Below, piece by piece: positions 18,368 to 28,168 of a stretch of DNA of 64,000 nt. This DNA is from Candidatus Beckwithbacteria bacterium (lineage in GTDB: Bacteria; Patescibacteriota; Microgenomatia; UBA1400; UBA1449): positions 3,767-67,766 of the forward strand of contig JAAZOH010000025.1 in the NCBI GenBank assembly GCA_012797845.1, read 5' to 3'. The first letter of the stretch is position 1. The number at the start of each line of letters is the position of its first letter. A program made the translations under genes and the position numbers. The notes beneath the pieces were generated by a model. It made no database searches. It was not told the DNA's origin and worked only from the letters and a program-made list of their open reading frames with translations.

Positions 18368-19653
18368 TTTTTCGTTTCAATTAGTTTATACCCCAAATAT
18401 AAGACACTTGGATATATTTGCAAACTAAGCCTGTAAATTGAAGTAGAAATATTAGTTGCCTGATCTTCTGGAGTTAAATAATAAACTATTAAATATGAGA
18501 TTAGTTGTCCAAGTAGAATCAGAAAGCATAAACGATATTCTTTTGATGAAAGGATTTCTTTAAAACCTATAATAAAACCATATAATATTAACCACCAACC
18601 TAATCCCCATCGATAAAGCTGTCGCCATTCTTCACGAAAAGCGTGCAAGCTATATATAAGCGAATCTTTTAAATCTCGATTTAAAAGCTCTAAATGTAGT
18701 GCATTATTGATATAACGATTATCAAACTGATAGTAAGCTTTCCATGTAAAATTCCCAATTATAAAAAGAAGTAAGGCTAACCAAGCTGTAATTTTTTCTT
18801 GAAAAAAATCTTTTCTATAAACTAATGGGGTTAAGACTAAAAATAATAAACTTGCTGGCAACAAATCATTTTTACTAATTGTAGTAAAAAATAAAAACAA
18901 AACAGAGTGTAAAAAATTCTTTTTAATAATCTGGGAAATTGCTAAAAGGAGAAAAAAACTGGCTAACAAATCTGCATTGCCAACATATTCATTCCAAATT
19001 ACGTTGCCATACAAAAATGGTGTAGTTAATAAAATGCTAAACCAAAGTATTGAATGAATTTTTTTAAGTTTTATTTGCTGCAGAAATATTAAAATAATAG
19101 CTATCCATATACTTAAAACTAATACTTGACTATAGTATTCATTAGCTTTGCCTAGAAAAAAATATATCCAAGAAATGCTCAAAGGCCATAAAATAGGATG
19201 ATCAAAAGGCCAGAAAAAGTACAGATTAAATCTACTAACACTACCATCAAGCCAAAATGCTCGAGCTCGAGCTAACCAGATACTATAAGCATCATAACCC
19301 CAAACATTAGAAAGCAAACTAAGATAGCTAATAAACAAAATAAATACAGCTAATGATAAAATCGGAATTAGTTTTTTGGCATCTAGCTTTAATGTCAATT
19401 TAATCTTTTTTTGTTTTTTCTTGTATAGTAGTAAAACCCATAAAGTAGTAAGGATAAAAAATGTTAGAACTAAGCTTTGTTGTAATTTAATTTGAGCAAG
19501 ACCTAGTAAGATTTGCATTAAACCAACTATCCCAAGCCCCAAGCCAAAAAAACTTGAAAGGTTGATTTGTTTTTTATGTAAAAAATAAAAATTTGTTAAA
19601 TATCCAACTTCCCAAAAACTTATGATACTTAGTAAGGTTAAAATAAAATCCAT
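18364..19653 (-). CDS. Probable GT-C fold membrane glycosyltransferase
   Basis: WGYDAYSIWLARA, DHP, GNAD, SKND and R-containing C-terminal loop; multi-pass. Confidence 0.65.
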   Translation of the reverse strand: MDFILTLLSIISFWEVGYLTNFYFLHKKQINLSSFFGLGLGIVGLMQILLGLAQIKLQQSLVLTFFILTTLWVLLLYKKKQKKIKLTLKLDAKKLIPILSLAVFILFISYLSLLSNVWGYDAYSIWLARARAFWLDGSVSRFNLYFFWPFDHPILWPLSISWIYFFLGKANEYYSQVLVLSIWIAIILIFLQQIKLKKIHSILWFSILLTTPFLYGNVIWNEYVGNADLLASFFLLLAISQIIKKNFLHSVLFLFFTTISKNDLLPASLLFLVLTPLVYRKDFFQEKITAWLALLLFIIGNFTWKAYYQFDNRYINNALHLELLNRDLKDSLIYSLHAFREEWRQLYRWGLGWWLILYGFIIGFKEILSSKEYRLCFLILLGQLISYLIVYYLTPEDQATNISTSIYRLSLQIYPSVLYLGYKLIETKK

Positions 19654-19661
19654 ATTTTGAA

Positions 19662-20144
19662 TTACTTTTTAAGATAAACAAAGGTGTTATATCTGTTATA
19701 GATTAATTTGTACTTTAATAGGTTTCTTTTTTTAAATTGTGAAATTAAAATTTGGCATTGATTTACATTTGACTGATTACTCTCAGCTATCACTTTGACT
19801 TGTTGCGGATACAGTTGATATAAAAGATATTTTACTGGCAAATCCCAAGACCAAAAAATACATACTGAATCGCTTTTAGAAATTAAAGTTCCTATATCCT
19901 TAGCTACCAAGTTTTGAGCCATAGTGTCTCTTTCAATTATTTGATCAACCAATGTAGGTTTCATAAAACTTTTTGGCAAATATTGGATTAGAAAATAGAT
20001 ATTTATCCCTATGCCAGCAAGTAAAACTAAAGTAATAATCAAATTTTTTAATCTTGGCAAAATAAAAACACACAACAGGGAAGCAATTAAACTTAAATAA
20101 AAAAAGCCTAAAAAAGTAAAAATCTTTTGAAATAAATAAAACAT
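19662..20144 (-). CDS. Hypothetical membrane protein
   Basis: 160 aa; two N-terminal TM segments and a small soluble domain (YQLYP); fills the operon gap. Confidence 0.6.
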   Translation of the reverse strand: MFYLFQKIFTFLGFFYLSLIASLLCVFILPRLKNLIITLVLLAGIGINIYFLIQYLPKSFMKPTLVDQIIERDTMAQNLVAKDIGTLISKSDSVCIFWSWDLPVKYLLYQLYPQQVKVIAESNQSNVNQCQILISQFKKRNLLKYKLIYNRYNTFVYLKK

Positions 20145-20155
20145 GAATAATGTTA

Positions 20156-21286
20156 CTAATACAATAGCCCTTGGTAAACTTTAAGGGTTTTTTTAGCACA
20201 ATCTTCCCAAGTAAATCGTTTAGCTTGAGCAATGCCTAAGCTTTTCCACTTAGCTTGTTCCTCTGGATTGGTCATCAAATATTTCATGGCTTGATTAAGT
20301 TTAAGAGCGTCTTTAGATGGTACCATGATGGCTGCTTTTCCGGCAACTTCTGGCAAGCTGGAAACATTACTGCAAATTACCGGCACTCCAGCTGCCATAG
20401 CTTCTAAAACCGGTAAACCAAAACCTTCATACTCCGATAAGTAAATAAATCCAGCGGCTTGGCAGTAAAGAATTTTTAGTTCTAGCTCACTGACATAGCC
20501 TGTCTCAACCACATAACGCCTTTGATCCGAGCTCACAATTTTAACTTCTTTACTCCAACCGCTTTTACCAGTTATAACCAGTTGGGCTTTACTATATACC
20601 TCTGGCTTAGCATGAGCTTCTAAAATAGTTTTTAAATTCTTGCGCGGCTCTTTAGTCCCCACAGTTAAAAAATAAGGCTTGCGAATTTGATATTTTAAAA
20701 GAGTAGCCGCTACTTGTTGCTCATTAAAATCCTGATCAAAAAATTCTTCTGAAACTCCTTCATAAATGACAGCCACTTGTTCAGGCTTGATAAAAGCATA
20801 TTTGATAATGTCATTCCTAGTTGCCTGAGAAACGGCAATCACCCCATGACACTCTTTCTGTACCCAACCAAGGCGCCTGGCAAAATTCTCTCGTAAAACT
20901 GGATCATGATATTGTGGGTACAGCATCGGCGTCAGATCATGAATGGTAGTCACATTTTTGGCGGAAGTCGGTGGTTGTGTCCAATCCGAACTATGAAAAA
21001 CATCGCACCGGCCCATAAATTTTTCAATCGGCTTACTATGGTATTGATTCCAAACTACCTGGGCTAGTTTAGGGGGAAACAGTTTGTAATAAATTTTATA
21101 GTTGTGCCGATTTTGTGGCAGAGTTTTAGCAAAAGCTTCGATTTCTTTTTTTTGCCGAAACACCCCGGCAAACAGCTTATACTCGTTATTCCAATCAAGT
21201 AGTAATAAGTTTTTGACCAGTTCTCTGGTATACCGGGAAACGCCGGTGCCATAGGCAATTTGAGAAATATCAATACCAATAATCAT
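20156..21286 (-). CDS. GT4 glycosyltransferase (MtfB-like)
   Basis: IGID, TGVSRYTREL, TTIHDL, GTKEPRKN and EGFGLPVLEAM motifs. Confidence 0.92.
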   Translation of the reverse strand: MIIGIDISQIAYGTGVSRYTRELVKNLLLLDWNNEYKLFAGVFRQKKEIEAFAKTLPQNRHNYKIYYKLFPPKLAQVVWNQYHSKPIEKFMGRCDVFHSSDWTQPPTSAKNVTTIHDLTPMLYPQYHDPVLRENFARRLGWVQKECHGVIAVSQATRNDIIKYAFIKPEQVAVIYEGVSEEFFDQDFNEQQVAATLLKYQIRKPYFLTVGTKEPRKNLKTILEAHAKPEVYSKAQLVITGKSGWSKEVKIVSSDQRRYVVETGYVSELELKILYCQAAGFIYLSEYEGFGLPVLEAMAAGVPVICSNVSSLPEVAGKAAIMVPSKDALKLNQAMKYLMTNPEEQAKWKSLGIAQAKRFTWEDCAKKTLKVYQGLLY

Positions 21287-22722
21287 AAAGCTTGGGCATG
21301 AAGCCCTGATGGATTTACTAAATATTTTACAACCAAATCACCTCGGAATGTTTTACTAGAAATTTCCTCAAATCCATACTCCTGAGTCAAAGTAATTTCT
21401 GTTTTATTTTGTGAGTCAAAAATAGGTTGGGCATACGTAATCAGCCAAACACTGGGCAAGTATTTAATTTCATCAATGTTTTGATAATCAATGAGCGTAT
21501 GTTTGCCTTGGTCATAGTACGCAAAAGGGGCATCTACTGAGCTAATCATGACCACATACGAAGAAGCTTGTTTGCCATCAATAAAAGCTACCAATGATTT
21601 CCAGTCTTCACGATGCAAACTAGCATCAAATAGATAAAAGCTGCTACTCACAATATTGAGTAGCAGAAAAACACCAAAGGCAATTTTTTGTATATCTTTT
21701 TTAAAAAATTGCAAACTAAACACAAAAACTAGGTAAAAAGCCGGAAGGACAAAGAGATAACGGAAGTACGATAGTAAAGCAAGTTTAATTGATAAAACTA
21801 TACCTAAACTAATTGGACCGACTAGCCAAGCCAGCAAAAACAGCAGTTTTTTATCTTTGACTAACTTATTTTTTACTAAAGCCTGCATTATCACGATTAC
21901 ATACGCTATTAAAAATAGCGCCAAAATCAAGACAAAACTAAATGAAGTTTGCAAATCAATTCTCCCTAGTAAAAATTTAGCCGGAATTAAAAGCAGATTT
22001 TTAAATGATAAAGCTCCCAAGCTTTGCCAAACTGGCAAAGCAGTTGATACCTTTGCAGCTAGAATTACCTGAGTTTTCAAAAGTGGCAGCAAAGGAATAA
22101 TTGAAACCAATGGCAGTAAAGTAGCTAAGGTTCTTTTTTTATCTTTTGTTAAAACCCAAGTTAGAATAATCTGAATTGGCCACAGCAGCCAAGCCACATA
22201 ATGTGACCATAACAGTAAACTAGTAACGATAATATAGCGCCAAAGAGACTTTTTTTCTTGTATATATTGCCATAAACTTAGCATTGACCAGCTAGCTAAA
22301 AAAGTGGCCAGCATATATGCCCTTGCTTCCTGAGAGTAATAGATCAGTAGTGGACTAGTAGCTAGTAATAAACCCCCGGCAACTTGTAATTCGATTTTTT
22401 TAGGAAGCATTTGTTTAAGCAACGTAAGCCCAAACCAAACTACCCCAACTCCCAGCAAAACCGATGGTAACCGTAGGGCTATTTCGCTACTGCCAAACAT
22501 TCTCACCCACCCCCAGAGCAAAATATAGTGCAGTGGCGGATTAAAATCCCCAGGCATAAATGAGGTGAAAAGCTGAGGCAGAGAATTATCGCGGACCGCC
22601 AAAGCTTCAATCGCTTCATCCAACCAAAGCGATTGATTTATATAAGGCAATCGAAGCAGTAAAGCTACTAATAGCACTACATACATGCCATACGATTGCA
22701 AAAAGTGCTTCCATCCTTTCAT
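21283..22722 (-). CDS. GT-C fold glycosyltransferase (GT39/PMT-like)
   Basis: SLWLDEA, DFNPPLHY, SEIALRLPS, SQEARAY and REDW motifs. Confidence 0.88.
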   Translation of the reverse strand: MKGWKHFLQSYGMYVVLLVALLLRLPYINQSLWLDEAIEALAVRDNSLPQLFTSFMPGDFNPPLHYILLWGWVRMFGSSEIALRLPSVLLGVGVVWFGLTLLKQMLPKKIELQVAGGLLLATSPLLIYYSQEARAYMLATFLASWSMLSLWQYIQEKKSLWRYIIVTSLLLWSHYVAWLLWPIQIILTWVLTKDKKRTLATLLPLVSIIPLLPLLKTQVILAAKVSTALPVWQSLGALSFKNLLLIPAKFLLGRIDLQTSFSFVLILALFLIAYVIVIMQALVKNKLVKDKKLLFLLAWLVGPISLGIVLSIKLALLSYFRYLFVLPAFYLVFVFSLQFFKKDIQKIAFGVFLLLNIVSSSFYLFDASLHREDWKSLVAFIDGKQASSYVVMISSVDAPFAYYDQGKHTLIDYQNIDEIKYLPSVWLITYAQPIFDSQNKTEITLTQEYGFEEISSKTFRGDLVVKYLVNPSGLHAQAL

Positions 22723-23543
22723 ACTGCCTTTCTCGAAGCTCCGCTCATAATGCCACTTAAAATTCCTAAATCGTAGATAATTTTAAAGTTAAGCATTCCC
22801 ATTTCTTTGTATGTAATCGCCTTAACCAAACCTAAAAATATGGAAACTGGCATAGTAGCTCGCAAGCCAGCTACAATTTTACCAACAATGCCAAACTTGC
22901 GTTGTCGGCCCCCAATCCAAAGTGCCTGCCAAAAAACTTCCTGCATACTGGCCGGATTGTAGTGGTAATATTTGGCTTTAGTTTTGACTGGCTTATAGCC
23001 TAATTTTTCCGACAACGACCAGGTGTCGGTATAACCGGTATTACTAAAACCACCAACTCTATCGAATTCTGATTTTAAAATAGCTCTAAAATCCCGGAGC
23101 ATCATGTCTTTTTCATCAATCCGTTTGCGGGTTTTTAGACCTTGCTCAAAGTTCCAACACCGGGCCCAAACATTATTCCAATTAGCTACATACTCTTCTG
23201 TGGAAATCGTACCTTTTGCCAAACCTTGTTCAATTGGCTCAATTAACTGTTCTAAAAAGTCTGGTTCAAACTCCATATCACCATCCACAAAAACCAGAAT
23301 ATCGCCTTTAGCCTTTTTAGCCCCAAAATTCCTGGCTACTGCTGTCCCACTATGCTTTATTCTAAAAAATCTAAATGTGCCGTTTTTACTTTTTAGTTCT
23401 AAGTTTTTAGCTTTTTTGAAGCTGCCATCATCAACTACAATAATTTCAAATCTAGCCTTTTTTTGGCATGCTAAACTTTCTAAGCATTTTTTTAAATATT
23501 GGTCTTCGTTGTAGGTAGCAATGATAACTGAAACTAGTGTCAT
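22719..23543 (-). CDS. GT2 glycosyltransferase
   Basis: SVIIATYNE, VVDDGS, ARNFG and FVDGD motifs. Confidence 0.9.
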   Translation of the reverse strand: MTLVSVIIATYNEDQYLKKCLESLACQKKARFEIIVVDDGSFKKAKNLELKSKNGTFRFFRIKHSGTAVARNFGAKKAKGDILVFVDGDMEFEPDFLEQLIEPIEQGLAKGTISTEEYVANWNNVWARCWNFEQGLKTRKRIDEKDMMLRDFRAILKSEFDRVGGFSNTGYTDTWSLSEKLGYKPVKTKAKYYHYNPASMQEVFWQALWIGGRQRKFGIVGKIVAGLRATMPVSIFLGLVKAITYKEMGMLNFKIIYDLGILSGIMSGASRKAV

Positions 23544-24796
23544 AAATCTTTATGTAGCCAAAAGTACGCTAAGTAATTGCCTATCATACCAAGACTATTC
23601 ATGGCTAGCAAACTGTAAGCTGGTCCAAACATACCATACTTTGGAATAAGAAGTAAATTTAATAGAACTAACCCTACTAGTTGTACTAAAGATATTCCAG
23701 TTACATATTTAGGTTTTTTGTAAAAATAAACCACCGCATTAGTAGCTGGAATTGATAGCAGCAAAGGAATGTTGGCCAGTACTAAAAAACGAAATACGGC
23801 AATAGCTGCCAAAAAATCTTCACCATAGGCAATGGAAATAATTGGATAAGCTAAAACTAGGAGTAGCATCATAATGGCACTAATCCCAAACCCGATGAGT
23901 AAAGATTTGCGAAAATAAGTGCCAGCTTGATCTTTGCTGGTAAAACTGGCAAAGCGGGGTGAAACCACAGATGATAGTGAGGAAACCACCAGTGGAAAAA
24001 TACTCATAAACCGAGCGGCGGCGGCATAGATGCCTGTAAAATATAATGTCGACAACCAAGGCAGCATCATTACATCTAGTCGTCCATATAAATTGGCAAA
24101 AAAGTTTTGCGCTGCTAACCACTTACTAAAACCTAATAATTTGGGTATGAGCTTGGTCTTAACCCTTCGAATTTGCAAATAATCACCAACCATGAGTTTT
24201 CCAACTACAAAAGCCACTAAATAAGCAATGACAATCGACCAGAGTGCCAGGGTGATATTTAGACGAGCATAGAGCAAGAAAAAAACACCAATTACCAATA
24301 GTCTTGCCACACTAAAAACATTGTCTAAAATTGACCGACTCCAAAAACGCTGTAGTGATTGCAATAGTGCTAATAAGAAAATATTAATAGTGATAATTAC
24401 AATTATCAAAAACACCAAGCCTGAAAAATCCTGATTATGCCCCCAAAGTTTAATGAGGAAAAAACGGTACAAGCAAGACATAACTAGAGCAATTATGATT
24501 GAGCTTGCAAATACACTAGTCAAACTGGTGCTGCTCCAGGTTTTTTTGCGCGTCCTGGTTTTAAACCCTGATATAAAAGCTACTAAACTTTGATTGATGC
24601 CCAAATCAGCCACAGCTGATAAAAAGGTCGTAAAACCAATAATAGTTGAAAAAATCCCAAACCGTTCTGGCCCTAAATTGCGGGCAATTAGAAAAACAAA
24701 AATAAATCCTAGCGCTGACGAAATCCCACTACCACCCAAAACAATGAGCGCATCCATGGCAGTCTTAGACTTGAGCAAAGAAAGGTATTGCTTCAT
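23540..24796 (-). CDS. wzx: Oligosaccharide flippase (Wzx/MOP family)
   Basis: ARNLGPERFG, DLGI, RLDVMML, GIYAAA and LLIPKYGMFG motifs; about 12 TM segments. Confidence 0.85.
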   Translation of the reverse strand: MKQYLSLLKSKTAMDALIVLGGSGISSALGFIFVFLIARNLGPERFGIFSTIIGFTTFLSAVADLGINQSLVAFISGFKTRTRKKTWSSTSLTSVFASSIIIALVMSCLYRFFLIKLWGHNQDFSGLVFLIIVIITINIFLLALLQSLQRFWSRSILDNVFSVARLLVIGVFFLLYARLNITLALWSIVIAYLVAFVVGKLMVGDYLQIRRVKTKLIPKLLGFSKWLAAQNFFANLYGRLDVMMLPWLSTLYFTGIYAAAARFMSIFPLVVSSLSSVVSPRFASFTSKDQAGTYFRKSLLIGFGISAIMMLLLVLAYPIISIAYGEDFLAAIAVFRFLVLANIPLLLSIPATNAVVYFYKKPKYVTGISLVQLVGLVLLNLLLIPKYGMFGPAYSLLAMNSLGMIGNYLAYFWLHKDL

Positions 24797-24814
24797 GGGT
24801 TTATTGTAACGAAA

Positions 24815-25924
24815 TTAGTGGAAAGATCCTAATTTAGACGATTTGGACACAAGGCTAATAAAGGCCTTTTCATACTCTCGGCTTACTTGATCCCAATTAA
24901 ATTTTTTAGCTTGCATTTGAGGTTTTTTACCCCAATTGCTATCTAAGGCTTGGCGGATTCTTTGGGCATAAGCAATGTGATCAGCTGGATCAGCTACGTA
25001 TAGTCCTGCTTTGCCGATAATTTCTTTTCGCAAACTGTCATCACGAGCTACCACTGGCACATTTGCAGCCATCGCTTCTAAATAAGCAATGCCAAAACCC
25101 TCCTGAGAGTCAGATACTAGCGTAAACACATCAGCAATTTGATAGACAGCCGGCATTTGCTCATGAGGAGTTTTTAATTGTACAAATTGATCACTAAGTA
25201 ATTTTTTGCCTAAATTTTTAGTTTTTTTACTGCCACCCAAAACTAGTAAGCTGACATTACCAAGCTTAGTAACAGCCTCAATCGTATCTTCAACCCGTTT
25301 ATAAGGTTCAGGGCCAGCTACACATAAACATATCGGTTTTTTAAGTTTTGCTATTTGCAACTGGATTTTCCCTGCTAGTGTTTGTTTCTGGAAAAATTTG
25401 GCAAAATCGACTCCATTGGGAATAGCTATGATTTGGTCACTATCTTTTAAACTCAATTGCTTTAATCTAGTTTGGGATTGGGTAATAAATAGGTCTGGTT
25501 TAAGGCTAAGAGCTAAACTCTCCTCCCGGCCTTTACCCACCTGAGCACTGATAACCAAGCGTGAGTGTTTATGAAGCCTAATATACAGTTTAGCTAAAAC
25601 TGCTTGCCAACCGTGATTACAAGCTACGATAATATCTGGCTGAAATGATTGTAGGGTTTTTAAGGCTTGAAAACTGAATTTGGCAATTACCCGGGATTTT
25701 TTATCCAGGAAAAAACGTTCCTTAAAATCCTGGCTCAGCTTTTGAGAATTATACGATTTACCTGGAATCACAATCTGCATGTACGGTTTTTGCTCTTTTT
25801 TAGTTCCAGCTTGAATTACCATTACTTCATGATTTTGGCCTAAACGGGAAGCGAGAGCATCGACAAAGGTTTCTACTCCCCGGTCAACCAAGCCACTGTA
25901 GTAGGATAAGAAGGCAATTTTCAT
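24815..25924 (-). CDS. GT4 glycosyltransferase
   Basis: RGVETF, IPNGVD and EGFGIAYLEAMA motifs. Confidence 0.9.
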   Translation of the reverse strand: MKIAFLSYYSGLVDRGVETFVDALASRLGQNHEVMVIQAGTKKEQKPYMQIVIPGKSYNSQKLSQDFKERFFLDKKSRVIAKFSFQALKTLQSFQPDIIVACNHGWQAVLAKLYIRLHKHSRLVISAQVGKGREESLALSLKPDLFITQSQTRLKQLSLKDSDQIIAIPNGVDFAKFFQKQTLAGKIQLQIAKLKKPICLCVAGPEPYKRVEDTIEAVTKLGNVSLLVLGGSKKTKNLGKKLLSDQFVQLKTPHEQMPAVYQIADVFTLVSDSQEGFGIAYLEAMAANVPVVARDDSLRKEIIGKAGLYVADPADHIAYAQRIRQALDSNWGKKPQMQAKKFNWDQVSREYEKAFISLVSKSSKLGSFH

Positions 25925-26694
25925 AATTTACAAGCTATTACAAATAAATGTGGCCCCCATAATTTAAAAGGATATAGTTGTCTCATACCTAAAAAGCGAA
26001 AAGCTTTATTAACAAATTGTTCTTGCGGTTCAGCAATTTTCCAATTGGAAGAGTATTCTATTATTTTCATGTTTTGGGTTTTCAAAAAAGAAAGTAAGCT
26101 ACCTAAATAAGGTTCAACAGTAGTATCCCAATCAATCTGATAATGCTTAGTATCAGCCTTCATGCTTACTTTTTGCCAATCCAACTGACCTTTTGAACCA
26201 ATTAGATCTTTTATCAAACCATCAATCAGCTTGGCAATTCTATGGCCTTTAAAACAAGGTGAGCACCGCTGTGGCGCACCATAATTAGGAGCCAACAATA
26301 CCAGCAAGCCATCTTTTTCTAAAACTCTAATCATCTCTTTTATATTTTGGCTGGGATTTTGCAAATGTTCCAACACAAAAGCCGAATAGACTAAATCAAA
26401 ACTACCATCTTTACAGGGGATTTTTTTACCGTCATAAAAAACAAAATCATAAGCCGGATGACGCTCTTTAGCCATTGCAATGGCTGTGCGACTAATATCT
26501 ATTCCTGTTCCTTTGACTGTTTTGGGAACTATTTTGCTTAGTTTTGTCCCTTCACCGCAACCAAACTCCAAAACCCTATCAGCCTTTTGGGCTAATTCTT
26601 TTATTTTTTTAAGACCTGGATGGGCTAAATACTGACTGGATCTAGCAGCCACCTCATAGTATTTAGTGCTTTCCCAAATATGACTTTGTTTCAT
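25921..26694 (-). CDS. Class I SAM-dependent methyltransferase
   Basis: VLEFGCGEG, GIDIS, FDLVYSAFVLEH and APN motifs. Confidence 0.9.
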   Translation of the reverse strand: MKQSHIWESTKYYEVAARSSQYLAHPGLKKIKELAQKADRVLEFGCGEGTKLSKIVPKTVKGTGIDISRTAIAMAKERHPAYDFVFYDGKKIPCKDGSFDLVYSAFVLEHLQNPSQNIKEMIRVLEKDGLLVLLAPNYGAPQRCSPCFKGHRIAKLIDGLIKDLIGSKGQLDWQKVSMKADTKHYQIDWDTTVEPYLGSLLSFLKTQNMKIIEYSSNWKIAEPQEQFVNKAFRFLGMRQLYPFKLWGPHLFVIACKL

Positions 26695-27482
26695 ATCTTT
26701 CTTAAGATATCAAAAAAATTTGCTTTAAGTTCAAACCAAATAGTTCTTTTTCCCAAAACCTGAGGTATTTGCTCTGGCATTTTTTCAAAAAACACTTCTG
26801 GTATATCTTTTTTTATAAACCTCTTACCCTTAGTTATAATTTCCTGCCTTCTGCCTAAATTACCATTACGCTTATTAGTTCTACACAAATGACTAGCATG
26901 CAAATACCAGGCTTTTGAAAAAACTAGTAATTCATCCTGACTAGCTATATTTTGGTTATTAATAAAATAACCTTCATTAGGATAGTCGCCTTGAAGCAGA
27001 TAGTCTTTGGTCCGCATTAGTCTAATATTGAAATGACCGGTTTTGCCCAGAAGCATATATTTACCAAAACTATCCGGCAAATAATGCCAGATATCTCCCA
27101 CACAATTTCTGGTCTGGTTAACTACAGCTAGTGTTTTTTGAGCCAATGTTTTGCTCAGTTTGAGTAGTTTTATCAGCTGTTTTTGCGGCCAAATCTCATC
27201 ACCATCAATTAATAAAAACCATGGTGTTTTTGTTTGAGCTAGCTGCAACTGTCGCAATTTAGTAATCTCTTTAGCTTTCAAAGCTTTTTTTTGAAAAAAA
27301 CTAATGTCAAGATCGTGATTTTTCTCAATAAACAATTTGATCAAAGGTATGGTGTGATCAGTGGAGCCAGTATCAAAAATGATGGTTTTTTCTAGATACG
27401 GAGCTGTACTGGCTAAACTATACCAAATAAACCGTTCTTCATTTTTGACAATCATGTGACCAGTCACCGGAAACTTTACCAT
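26691..27482 (-). CDS. GT2 glycosyltransferase (WaaE/KdtX-like)
   Basis: MIVKNEE, DTGSTD and WFLLIDGDE motifs. Confidence 0.85.
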   Translation of the reverse strand: MVKFPVTGHMIVKNEERFIWYSLASTAPYLEKTIIFDTGSTDHTIPLIKLFIEKNHDLDISFFQKKALKAKEITKLRQLQLAQTKTPWFLLIDGDEIWPQKQLIKLLKLSKTLAQKTLAVVNQTRNCVGDIWHYLPDSFGKYMLLGKTGHFNIRLMRTKDYLLQGDYPNEGYFINNQNIASQDELLVFSKAWYLHASHLCRTNKRNGNLGRRQEIITKGKRFIKKDIPEVFFEKMPEQIPQVLGKRTIWFELKANFFDILRKI

Positions 27483-27485
27483 AAA

Positions 27486-28163
27486 CTAATCCATCAAACG
27501 CAGTTTAATAAGCACCCAAAAAGCCGTCACTCCATCCCAAAAACCAATTTTTTTACCTTGAGTATAATCACGGCCCACATAAGAAATTGGCATTTCATAA
27601 ATATAGATATGTTTTTTTAAAATTCGAGCTGTAATTTCTGGCTCAAAATCAAAGCGGTTAGCTTTCCATCTGATACTCTTGATCACCTCACTTTTAAAAG
27701 CTTTATAGCAAGTTTCCAGATCAGAAAGCGTTGTATTATATAAAATATTGGCTAATAGATTTAATAAATGATTAGCTACAAAATTCCAAAACAAAAGGTT
27801 GCGATGTTCACCGGTAAAACGAGAACCGTATACCACTTCTGCTTTACCTTTGATAATAGGGTTTATTAAGCGTTCATACTCACTAGGGTCATATTCCAAA
27901 TCAGCATCTTGAATAATGACAATATCACCACTAACCTTAGCTAGAGCAGTTCGGATTGCTGCTCCCTTACCTTGATTTTTTTGGTGTAACAAAACTGTAA
28001 TTTGCTTACTCTTAATCTTTTTTAAAATTTTAGGTGTCTTATCACTGGAAGCATCATCCACCACGATAATTTCTAAATTTTTACGCGCTTTTAAAATGCG
28101 CTTAATAATCTCTTCGATAGTTTTTTCTTCGTTGTAAACTGGAACAATTACAGATAGCTTCAT
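27486..28163 (-). CDS. GT2 polyprenol-phosphate glycosyltransferase (DPM-synthase-like)
   Basis: PVYNEE, NQGKGAA, IQDADLEYDP, VYGSRF, DLETCYK, FEPEIT and GKKI motifs. Confidence 0.9.
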   Translation of the reverse strand: MKLSVIVPVYNEEKTIEEIIKRILKARKNLEIIVVDDASSDKTPKILKKIKSKQITVLLHQKNQGKGAAIRTALAKVSGDIVIIQDADLEYDPSEYERLINPIIKGKAEVVYGSRFTGEHRNLLFWNFVANHLLNLLANILYNTTLSDLETCYKAFKSEVIKSIRWKANRFDFEPEITARILKKHIYIYEMPISYVGRDYTQGKKIGFWDGVTAFWVLIKLRLMD

Positions 28164-28168
28164 AGGTT

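Noticed and set aside
23104-23514. 136-aa plus-strand ORF (and similar antisense ORFs at 45422, 47906, 49259)
   Set aside because: Fully antisense to well-supported genes, with no recognisable motifs.
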